Source: an uncultured virus (IMG/VR IMGVR_UViG_2923073944_000003)
Taxonomy: Duplodnaviria > Heunggongvirae > Uroviricota > Caudoviricetes
Virus record (IMG/VR): IMGVR_UViG_2923073944_000003
Location: 62,001-123,288 of that record
Direction: 5' to 3' (one strand)
DNA length: 61,288 nucleotides
The position numbers were made by a program, and so were the translations under genes. The first letter of the stretch is position 1. Each line of letters begins with the position of its first letter. Of this stretch, positions 17,029 to 25,848 are shown one piece after another. Under the pieces are notes generated by a model, which was not told where the DNA came from, did no database searches, and saw only the letters and a list, made by a program, of their open reading frames with translations.

Positions 17029-17057
17029 TTTACAAGAGTAAAAATAAAATATATAAT
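17029..17057 (+). promoter_or_regulatory. sigmaA promoter of yonP-yonO (TTTACA-17-TATAAT) with the repeated operator-like box filling the spacer
   Basis: TTTACA 17029-17034, AGAGTAAAAATAAAAT 17035-17050, TATAAT 17052-17057. Confidence 0.75.
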
Positions 17058-17132
17058 AAAGACACAACCACATGAAGTGGTCTTTATTTTAATTACTTTA
17101 AGAATAAAAATAAAATAGTATGGAGGTGTAAG

Positions 17133-17312
17133 ATGAAAAAGCAGTATTTATTTAGTCATTTAATGGGATTTATTGAGGGAAAAGTAGTCGATGGGACAGC
17201 AACACCCGAAGAAGAATACCTTTATCAGGATTATAAATGGTACGGAAAGATTAATAAGCAAAGCTTTACATATCGAAGTTTAGTAAATCAATATCTTAAT
17301 AGCGAATATTAA
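17133..17312 (+). CDS. yonP: YonP-like 59-aa protein (missing from ORF track)
   Basis: SD GGAGGTG; MKKQYLFSHLMGFIEGKVVDGTATPEEEYLYQDYKWYG...; directly upstream of yonO. Confidence 0.75.
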   Translation: MKKQYLFSHLMGFIEGKVVDGTATPEEEYLYQDYKWYGKINKQSFTYRSLVNQYLNSEY

Positions 17313-17352
17313 GCACTTTTAGAGTAAAAATAAAATAAATGGAGGGGATTGA

Positions 17353-19872
17353 TTGAAAAGAAAAAAAGACGGATTGTCTAAGCAAGTTCACATATACAGC
17401 GTGGACACATCAGCATTTTATAATGACAAAGAAAATTCATTACATAATAAGATTTTGAAGTCTTATAGATACAGAGATTATCTTAAGACATTAGACAATG
17501 TAAATAATAAACATAAGAAATACATATCACAAAGAATTACATACCTTAAAGAATGCCTCTATTCCGCATTCGAAGAACATAATAACATAAGAACACTTCG
17601 AACTGACAGCTTAAGGGATAATAAAGTGATTTCTTTATTTGATTCAGTGTTGACCCGAACATTAGGGATTAAAGAAAACACCCTTTCAGAGGAAATCATG
17701 GTTGTCCAGACTTACCATTTTGAAGTATTGAAGGACATTATTGATCAGGGATTTTTACATAACAATGAAAAATACATTTATTTCACGAGCAGCGCCGGTC
17801 AAATTCGTACAAAGAAGTCATGTTTCATTAAAAAAAGCACCTACGATAAGTATCAGGATGCTTTGACATGCGGCTTAAGTATTGAAAAGATCAACTCCCT
17901 TGGTGGTAGTAGCATTAACAAATGGAATAGCTATATGGCCCTTTCTAACAGTGCCAGTAGCCCTTGGGAGATTGATATTGATAAAGCCATTGTTGTCAAC
18001 GACTTAGAAACTGATGTGTCGAGTCTCGTTGACTACATTGATCGAGATACCTACGATATCACACGAAAAACAATGAACATTCCCATTGAACATACAGATG
18101 GCTGCGGAATGATACTCCCCACTCTAAGTCGTAAAAGCTTCATGGTAAGACTCCCATGGGTAAAGGGTTTATTAGTCCCTTTTGATTTTCGTAAATTTGC
18201 TGAGGAAAACAAAGCTTTTAAAGTAACTGATATATACGGCAAGGAATGGGACGTAGTGAAAGATGATGTTCAAATTATCTTCACTAAAAGCCAGTTTAAA
18301 ATGTGGAAGTATTATTCATCGTGGGAAGAATATCAAGGCAATTATAAAAAATATGGATGCTTAGGGGCAAAACTCAACGAAGAAGACCCTTCTGTTGAAG
18401 GTAAGCTCACATATCAAATGCTCCAGACACTTACAGATATCTCAGATGAAGAATTAATTCAAATGAGCTCAAAGACTGTAAAAGAAATAACCACATTGGG
18501 AACTGACAAAGAAACCATGTTAAGAGTTCTTGGAGCTACGGAGAAAAAGAAACATCGGACAGCTCTTCAGGACGCTTTACTTCTATATCCAGAACTTCTT
18601 AACGATGATCACACGAAAGAAATTATTAAAAATAAAAAGAAAAGCATGATTAAAGATGCCAAATCAGGAAAATTGCTTGTGGATGGTGCTCGTTATACAT
18701 ACTTATGCCCTGATCTATATGCTTTCTGCGAAAAATTATTTCTGAATATCCAGAATCCAAAAGGACTGCTTTCAGGAAATGATGTCCATTGTTCTTTATA
18801 TGATGAAGGGTATATTGACATCCTCCGCTCCCCTCACCTATTCAGAGAGCATGGTGTTAGGTGGAACAAAAAAGATGAGAAATATGAAAAGTGGTTCATT
18901 ACCCCAGGTGTTTACACAAGCATTCATGATCCGATATCTAAGTTGCTACAGTTTGATAATGACGGGGATAAGGCCTTAATTATTTCTGATGAGTTAATCG
19001 TCAATATTGCCAAGCGTAATATGGAAAACATCGTTCCGTTGTATTATGAAATGTCTGTAGCCCAGAAACAAGAGATTAATAGCAGGAACGTATATGAAGC
19101 ACTTACTCTTGCTTATGGGATCAATATCGGGGAATACAGCAACAACATCACTAAGATATGGAACAGCGACAATATAAATCTGGATGTGATCAAATGGTTA
19201 TGCATGGAAAATAACTTTACTATTGATTTTGCAAAAACCTTATTCATGCCGACCCGTCCTGATCATGTTGATGAAAAAATTAAAGATTACATAAAAAATA
19301 AAGTGCCTCACTTCTTTATCAATGCAAAGGACAAAGAAGAACATAGTGTTGAGTTAATTAATGAAAGCACAGTAAATAAGTTAGACTCCATTATCCCTTC
19401 TGACCGAATTAATTTCGCAGCAGTGGCAGGAAAATTTGATTACCGCTTCCTGCTCAAGAACAGGGATATTAAATTGGACGATGCAATTATTCGTGAATAC
19501 AAACGATTAGACCAGAACAAGAAATGGCTCATGAATGATGAGGACATTAAGCCTGGACAAAAACTTTATGTTTATAAGGTTATCAAAGACAGATTGTTGA
19601 AAATCCATAATGACGAGCAATATGTTGCTGATGTTTTAGCAAAGTACCTATATAAAAAGAAAAGCAAATTTAAATCAACATTATGGGAGTGCTTTGGTGA
19701 GATTCTATTAAATAACTTAGCAATAAACTTAAAGAACAGGAAGGTATGTTTAAGCTGCTTGAAACCTATAAGCAATAAAGGAAACAAGAAAAAATACTGT
19801 ACAAAATGTTTAAATGAACGAGAAAAGATAAGAAAAAGAGAATGGAAGAGAAAACAACTGGTAGCGAAATAG
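17353..19872 (+). CDS. yonO: YonO single-subunit DNA-dependent RNA polymerase
   Basis: 839 aa; HTDGCG, RSPH, catalytic FDNDGD; C-terminal CxxC...CxxC. Confidence 0.95.
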   Translation: MKRKKDGLSKQVHIYSVDTSAFYNDKENSLHNKILKSYRYRDYLKTLDNVNNKHKKYISQRITYLKECLYSAFEEHNNIRTLRTDSLRDNKVISLFDSVLTRTLGIKENTLSEEIMVVQTYHFEVLKDIIDQGFLHNNEKYIYFTSSAGQIRTKKSCFIKKSTYDKYQDALTCGLSIEKINSLGGSSINKWNSYMALSNSASSPWEIDIDKAIVVNDLETDVSSLVDYIDRDTYDITRKTMNIPIEHTDGCGMILPTLSRKSFMVRLPWVKGLLVPFDFRKFAEENKAFKVTDIYGKEWDVVKDDVQIIFTKSQFKMWKYYSSWEEYQGNYKKYGCLGAKLNEEDPSVEGKLTYQMLQTLTDISDEELIQMSSKTVKEITTLGTDKETMLRVLGATEKKKHRTALQDALLLYPELLNDDHTKEIIKNKKKSMIKDAKSGKLLVDGARYTYLCPDLYAFCEKLFLNIQNPKGLLSGNDVHCSLYDEGYIDILRSPHLFREHGVRWNKKDEKYEKWFITPGVYTSIHDPISKLLQFDNDGDKALIISDELIVNIAKRNMENIVPLYYEMSVAQKQEINSRNVYEALTLAYGINIGEYSNNITKIWNSDNINLDVIKWLCMENNFTIDFAKTLFMPTRPDHVDEKIKDYIKNKVPHFFINAKDKEEHSVELINESTVNKLDSIIPSDRINFAAVAGKFDYRFLLKNRDIKLDDAIIREYKRLDQNKKWLMNDEDIKPGQKLYVYKVIKDRLLKIHNDEQYVADVLAKYLYKKKSKFKSTLWECFGEILLNNLAINLKNRKVCLSCLKPISNKGNKKKYCTKCLNEREKIRKREWKRKQLVAK

Positions 19873-20124
19873 AAAGTGCCCTGAGCCTTACTCCCCCAAG
19901 GGGTACAGCGATTTTACCGGAAAAAGTTTAACGAAAAAAGCGCCTTGAACCCTTGATATGACTGGTCTGAAAGCCCCTTTTGAGATAATCGCCATAAGGG
20001 AGAAAGAAAGCTAATTTCCACATATAAGGGTGAGTACGTCTCCCGTTTTTCAAAAGAAGCATAAACGTTACCGTAATTTTACTTTAACACAAAAATAAAC
20101 AATATCACTAGGAGGAATTAAAAC

Positions 20125-20400
20125 ATGAACAAAACAGAATTTGTTGGAGAAGTTGCAGAAAAATTAGGAGTTACTAAGAAAGAAGCTGCACCTAAAGTGG
20201 AAGCAGTATTTAATGTCATCATTGAAGCACTAACAAAAGGTGAATCAATCAAGATTCCAGGAGTTGGAACGTTTGAAGTTCGTGAACGTGCAGCTCGTAA
20301 AGGGAGAAATCCGCAATCGGGTGAGGAAATTGATATTCCAGCTACAAAGGCACCTGCCTTCAAGGCTGCTAAAGCTCTAAAAGACGCAGTGAAAGCTTAA
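20125..20400 (+). CDS. yonN: HU-family histone-like DNA-binding protein
   Basis: MNKTEFVGEVAEK...GVGTFEVRERAARKGRNPQSGEEIDIPA..PAFKA. Confidence 0.95.
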   Translation: MNKTEFVGEVAEKLGVTKKEAAPKVEAVFNVIIEALTKGESIKIPGVGTFEVRERAARKGRNPQSGEEIDIPATKAPAFKAAKALKDAVKA

Positions 20401-20409
20401 TAAAATTTA

Positions 20410-22085
20410 TTGAGGACGACAGGAAAGGCTTCCTGCACGCCTTTGTCACATAGAGCTTATGCTCCTAAAAGTGGCAGAGTTAGAAGTTATGGAGGAAATT
20501 GTCGACCTCCCCTCTTTTTTCATGTATTCATCTCCAGGTTTATTAATTAGAGTTCTTTTATTGATGGCATGGGGGTGTCGTCAATAATAAGCTGTTTACT
20601 GATATGTGGGATATCAGTTCTCCGCTAATATTCATTTGTTTGAGGTCTTGGATGCCAGGGTTTTGGATAAGTGGATATTAGCGGGGTATTGCCCCATCGT
20701 GGATTAAGCTTTTTCTAAACATTGCTATTCTCACTTTCATACGAACAAAAGCATTAAATTCGACTTTACAGCTACAACTGGTCATTGTGGTTGGTCGGAT
20801 AATGGTCATTTATGAGGGTTCGAGGTTAACTCGGATGTCTGTATCTTAAAGAGACAAGAATGGCTATTATCGGGCTAAATATGCCGATAAGACTTAATGC
20901 ATTAATGCAAATTGCGACTGAATCCCATCAGGGTCTTATTATGGGTGGCATATAACCTGAATATTAATTGCGGTGTATTGCTTCGGCTTGCACTTAGGTA
21001 AGGAAGATGCGTCTCCCTTCCCTTTAAATAATGTCCTTGTAAGCTTTGATGCTTATTATGCGGCCACATAAAAATTTTCCGGGTTAGCGAGGCTTTGTAA
21101 TTACATACCCTCGTAAAATAAGTGAAATGGGTTTTGAGCGCTTGATCACCACTCCCATTTCACAGAAAAGGATTATTTTCGGTCTTGCCTTTTCAATTTC
21201 ACTTTATTTCACTTATCTCCTTCAATGTTCTGAATGGAGCCTTACCTTCCCAATGCACATACCTCCTTACACGGGTCAGAGAAAACTGTGCAAAATAAAT
21301 GGCGAGCGTTTGAGACGCTTTGTTTCTCAATAAGGCGTGTAACCTGACAAGAGAGACTGAAAATGCCATTGAGAAGGCTTATAATGGGTCTTTCCTTCTC
21401 AATATTTGTTTTTGAATTCATTAAACGAGAGTAGCCGTTTAATCCCGCGTGGGGGACATAAAAGATACCTCGATACGTCAAGCTTTGGGATTCCTTCTAA
21501 AGCCAGCTACTAATCAAGTGTTTCACTGCGAATTCAGAGGTTGTTCGGCGACTACTTAACCCATATTATGATTGAGTAGTTGGCAATAACGCAGGATTGA
21601 TTTCCTTCATTCGCAGCCTATAAATGAATTAGCTCATCTGCCAGGTGTAGAAGGAGCCAGCTGGATTTCGCACAGCGATAACCAGCCTTTTATGCTCATG
21701 TACCATGATGTACAAGGAGTTTCTGAAGACGTTATTTGGCTTCTTTTGTTATTTTCGACTTACTTATAGTTTGTCGACTACAAAGGTTTCACATCAGCGT
21801 ATTCCCTGTCGATCTGAAGGCTTGCGTCCCTACGTGGGCTACTGATGTAGGTGAAACGGGGTTAGAATGTAATCAGAACAAGGCCATCTAAATCGTTAGA
21901 AGGTCTTTTTGTGCTTGCGTTAGCCTACGGGCCGACCGGAATAGGCTTCCGAGCCTTCCGGTACGCAAGTTATCAATAATCTCCTTCGGGCGTTTCCCCA
22001 ACGCCTATCCGACTTATCTTTTCATCTCCTTATATCCCCTTTTCGGACGTTACCGATGCTTCGGATCATCGGGCTTCCGAAGGAG
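20410..22085 (+). ncRNA. Candidate large structured non-coding RNA region (one or several RNAs; family unidentified, boundaries approximate)
   Basis: No credible ORF over ~1.7 kb; dense stems with G-U pairs that only pair on the + strand; UUCG/UACG/UCCG loops. Confidence 0.65.
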
Positions 22086-22126
22086 CTTATTGAACGTAAA
22101 TAAAACACATATTGGAGGAATTTAAT

Positions 22127-22336
22127 TTGGCTAAAGGCAAGAAAGAGTATTCTTTTAAAAAATGTACTGTAAATGTTGATGAAGATCAAATTATTGAGCA
22201 TAAAGGTGATGGCATACAAATTCACTCATTATCTAAGTATTTAAGAGAGATGGAAAGCAAAACGGAGCTAATTGATTTCACGTTAAAAAGTGACAGTGAT
22301 GTTGTTCCCCAAGAAACTGAAGGACTTCCTGAGTAG
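22127..22336 (+). CDS. yonK: YonK-like protein (TTG start)
   Basis: SD GGAGG; size and position before yonJ. Confidence 0.7.
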   Translation: MAKGKKEYSFKKCTVNVDEDQIIEHKGDGIQIHSLSKYLREMESKTELIDFTLKSDSDVVPQETEGLPE

Positions 22337-22347
22337 GCGGTGACTGA

Positions 22348-23589
22348 ATGACAGCTATTTTAGATACTGTGTTACAGAGAGAAAAAGACGAATCGTTCAC
22401 TGATTATCATATTAGACTTTTCAAAAACAAAGGCACTTATCACATTGACACAAAAACAATTGCTGCCCTTTTAAATAAGGATCAAGGAACCAACTATGAT
22501 GAAAGCAAATGGCGTAAAGACTTTAAACAATTTGAGCGCTGGCACGATTACTTTATCTCAAAGAATATGAACAAAGAAGTTCAACAAAAACATGAAGAAA
22601 TTCGCATTGAATCCGAAAAACAAACAATCAAAGCACGAGATCAAAAAAGAGAATATCGGAAAGTCATTGCCAATCAAGCACGGTTTGAACAAATTAAAGA
22701 TGATGTCATACAAGCTATTGCATCTCTAGAGTCAAAAAGACCCCTTCGCTTTACCTTCCCATCACCTGCTATTACTGAAAAACATGGACTCGCTCTATTC
22801 AGTGATTGGCACTTCGGAATGGAAATCGACAACCGCATTAACAAATTCAATAAAGAAATTTTTAATGAGCGTGTAGAACATCTCACCAACAAAGTGATTG
22901 AGTACGGCAAACAGAATCACATATCTACACTACATGTAGCAAACCTCGGCGATTTAATCGGAGGACTTATCCATGTGTCTACAAGAGTTCAGGCCAATGA
23001 AGATGCTGTAGAACAAATTAAGTATGTATCAGAAACGCTTGCTGAGGTTTTAGCGATGTTGGCAAGTGAGTTTCAAGAGGTTAAGTTCTACAACGTGGCA
23101 GGAAATCATGGTCGCCTCTCCCCTTCTAAAAATGATGTAGGGATTAAGGAAAATTTTGAATACCTCATTAATTGGTACCTCGAAGCTAGATTAAAGAACA
23201 TAAAGAACATCTCCATTGAACCTGAGCAAGACGGTTTCATCCCCGCTAAAATCAACAATCAGGAAGTCGTGTTTGTACACGGACACTATGATCGTGTTGA
23301 TCAGTGTGTAACACGATTACCCCAATTGCTTGGCTACATCCCTTCTTACATATTCGGCGGTCATATTCATCACAATTATGAAAAAGAGTACGGCAGCACA
23401 ACAGTTGTAGTAAACGGAGCGCTTGTCGGTGCGGATGATTATGCTATGCAAGGTCGGTTCGGCACAAAACCTTCTCAGAAATTTATGGTTTTTGATGATG
23501 CAGGTATTGAGGCTACATACATAATTCGCTTTAAAAATGATAATCAGGGAGGAAATATACGTGGACTTAGCAATGCACGAAGTGTATAA
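22348..23589 (+). CDS. yonJ: YonJ-like calcineurin-like metallophosphoesterase with N-terminal coiled coil
   Basis: SDWH, GDL, GNHGR, HGH, GHIH motifs. Confidence 0.85.
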   Translation: MTAILDTVLQREKDESFTDYHIRLFKNKGTYHIDTKTIAALLNKDQGTNYDESKWRKDFKQFERWHDYFISKNMNKEVQQKHEEIRIESEKQTIKARDQKREYRKVIANQARFEQIKDDVIQAIASLESKRPLRFTFPSPAITEKHGLALFSDWHFGMEIDNRINKFNKEIFNERVEHLTNKVIEYGKQNHISTLHVANLGDLIGGLIHVSTRVQANEDAVEQIKYVSETLAEVLAMLASEFQEVKFYNVAGNHGRLSPSKNDVGIKENFEYLINWYLEARLKNIKNISIEPEQDGFIPAKINNQEVVFVHGHYDRVDQCVTRLPQLLGYIPSYIFGGHIHHNYEKEYGSTTVVVNGALVGADDYAMQGRFGTKPSQKFMVFDDAGIEATYIIRFKNDNQGGNIRGLSNARSV

Positions 23590-24016
23590 CCTTCATTTGT
23601 ATGATAAAAAAACTGAAGAGTCTTTAATTGATTTAACAACTCTTCAAGATGTTGAAATCTTTTATAGCGATGAACATGAAACGTATTTGATTTTTGCAAA
23701 GAATGCTCTGCTAAACTTTGATGTACTTAAATTTTTAGGTGAATATAAAGCTCCTACCTCCTTTGAATCAAAGTTAGGGAAGAAACAATATATTTCAGTT
23801 TTAAAAGAAACTCCTCGTTCTGAATTCAAACTATTAGCTGAAACAATTGGTCGCCATATTGAGACAACAAAGTCACACAAGGTTACTTTAGAATTTAACA
23901 ATGTCGAAATTATTTCTAGAGCAGAACTTAAAGGTGTTAGTGGAGAAGTTTCAGGTTTAGATTTGATTTTCAAAGTAAACCCACAAGATAACGAATTCTT
24001 TAAAATTCACTATTGA
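23561..24016 (+). CDS. Hypothetical protein, possible short paralog of the major tail protein (GTG start)
   Basis: SD GGGAGG; HEV, KNALLNFD and C-terminal pattern resemble 34845-35648. Confidence 0.6.
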   Translation: MDLAMHEVYNLHLYDKKTEESLIDLTTLQDVEIFYSDEHETYLIFAKNALLNFDVLKFLGEYKAPTSFESKLGKKQYISVLKETPRSEFKLLAETIGRHIETTKSHKVTLEFNNVEIISRAELKGVSGEVSGLDLIFKVNPQDNEFFKIHY

Positions 24017-24054
24017 TAAAACTTTAATTTTATCCAAACCAAAGGGAGATTTTT

Positions 24055-24252
24055 ATGAGTATAATTATGCCTTCAGTTGCACGTTCGGAAAAAATCAAAT
24101 ACAGAGAAATTGACTTTGACAAAGTTAAAACAGTTGAGGATGTAAAGCTTTTGCTCAGTAAATTCAACTTTAATATTCGTGAAAAAGATTGGGACAAATT
24201 TAGTCACTTAACTAAAGATGAAGTTAAAGAGACTGTTTTGACAAACTATTAA
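24055..24252 (+). CDS. Hypothetical protein
   Basis: 65 aa, SD AAGGGAG. Confidence 0.7.
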   Translation: MSIIMPSVARSEKIKYREIDFDKVKTVEDVKLLLSKFNFNIREKDWDKFSHLTKDEVKETVLTNY

Positions 24253-24273
24253 AAATAAATAATGCGATGAGGA

Positions 24274-24813
24274 TTGATGAGAATGAAGAAAATAGGGTTT
24301 GATTACCTTAATAGACATTTAGCAACATTGATAAGACTTAGAGAAGCTGGCCACAAGTGTGATCAGGAAATCAGTCAGGTTTTACGCTGCTTGCATAAAA
24401 ATCTATTTGAAAGAGAATTATTTTTTCCATCAGATAGAAAATGGACAATGATAGAGAACGTTGATAAAGATTTACAAAGTAGATTTCACAAAAAAGCCCC
24501 AAAACTTGTTTTCGTAGACACTGCTGACCGCGGTAAAGGAAAAACAACTTTCCTTATGACTTTATCACAACAAAACAATATTCCTGTAATTGTAGGTACG
24601 AATACTGAAGAAAATATTTATAAACAACTTGGAGAAGAAAAAGGTATAGGTTGCGTTGTTATTCCGGCCAATCGTATATTAGGCAGACGCTTAGCGAATG
24701 GTGTATATATTGATAGCACTGTTACCAAAGAGCAACTAAAAACGATTAAAGAGCTGGACGTTGAAATTAAGGGGGGATTTTATCATGACGATGTCCTCTC
24801 TTCTTTAGTTTAA
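24274..24813 (+). CDS. Hypothetical protein with P-loop-like RGKGKTT
   Basis: 179-aa ORF, SD GAGG. Confidence 0.65.
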   Translation: MMRMKKIGFDYLNRHLATLIRLREAGHKCDQEISQVLRCLHKNLFERELFFPSDRKWTMIENVDKDLQSRFHKKAPKLVFVDTADRGKGKTTFLMTLSQQNNIPVIVGTNTEENIYKQLGEEKGIGCVVIPANRILGRRLANGVYIDSTVTKEQLKTIKELDVEIKGGFYHDDVLSSLV

Positions 24814-24916
24814 GCGCCTTTTTAGAACGCCCAGTGATGATTGAGGTAACCCCCTTCCTCTTTATTGCTGGGCGTTTTATAAAATGTGTTTTGGACAATA
24901 ACATGGAGGTGAATGA

Positions 24917-25846
24917 ATGCCTAGAAAAGCCAAAGAAAAGGAAAAATTGATCTGTGCTGCTTGTCAAAAAGAAAAGGACAAAGAGTCAGGGTTCTACAAT
25001 TCACGAAGTAGCCTGTATGAGAAGACAGGAAAAGTCCCTATTTGCAAGACTTGCTTGAAGAAAAACATTGATTATAACAATATTGAATCAATATATACAG
25101 TCTTACAACAGATTGATGTTAAATTTGATCCGTTGTATTGGGATCAAGCTGAAAAGAGAAAAACTGATACATTTAGCGCTTATATGACTATGGCTAATTC
25201 ATTAAAGCAATTTAACGGGACTGGTTGGAAAGACAGTATATTTGTAAAAGAAGAAATTAAAAACGTTACAACAAATGAAGAAGAGAAACAAACCACGCAA
25301 AATATTGATTCAGATTATCTAGAGAAACTTAAAGAAAATTACGGATATGGTTACCCCGATGACGACTATCTCCTTTTCGAAAAGAAATTCCTTCAACTCA
25401 AACCCTCTTTTCAGTTACTTACCACAATGCATGAAGAGTGCTTGCGAGAATACTGTGTAAATAAAGTATACGAGACACTTGCAAAAGCAAAAGGAGATTT
25501 CAAACAGGCTAAAGACTGGGCTGCAATGGCAAAAGATACAGCTGAAGCAGGTAAATTAAAACCTTCTCAAATGAGTAAAGCTGATTTATCGCAAGGTCTA
25601 GATGGATTTGGTCAATTGGCCAGAATGGTTGAAGAGAAAGTTGACATTATCCCTATCTTACCGAAGTTTGTTTCTCAACCAAAAGATAAACCAGATGTTG
25701 TTCTATGGTGTTATTTGAATTATGTTCGGGACTTAAAAGGTCTTCCTGCGGCTGATTATAAAGATATCTACAACTTTTATGAAGAACGGAGAGCTGATTA
25801 TGAGAAACAAGAATTAGATAATGATCCTTCCATGAGGGAGTTATAA
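24917..25846 (+). CDS. yonG: YonG-like putative terminase small subunit (N-terminal Zn finger)
   Basis: CAAC...CKTC; immediately upstream of terminase large subunit. Confidence 0.7.
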   Translation: MPRKAKEKEKLICAACQKEKDKESGFYNSRSSLYEKTGKVPICKTCLKKNIDYNNIESIYTVLQQIDVKFDPLYWDQAEKRKTDTFSAYMTMANSLKQFNGTGWKDSIFVKEEIKNVTTNEEEKQTTQNIDSDYLEKLKENYGYGYPDDDYLLFEKKFLQLKPSFQLLTTMHEECLREYCVNKVYETLAKAKGDFKQAKDWAAMAKDTAEAGKLKPSQMSKADLSQGLDGFGQLARMVEEKVDIIPILPKFVSQPKDKPDVVLWCYLNYVRDLKGLPAADYKDIYNFYEERRADYEKQELDNDPSMREL

Positions 25847-25848
25847 AT

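Noticed and set aside
20401..22110. tRNA genes, CRISPR array or group I/II intron in the structured region; ORFs 21127-21333, 21242-21481, 22022-22225
   Set aside because: No cloverleaf with T-loop/CCA, no repeat-spacer periodicity, no interrupted gene or intron-encoded protein recognised; the ORFs lack SDs and overlap stems
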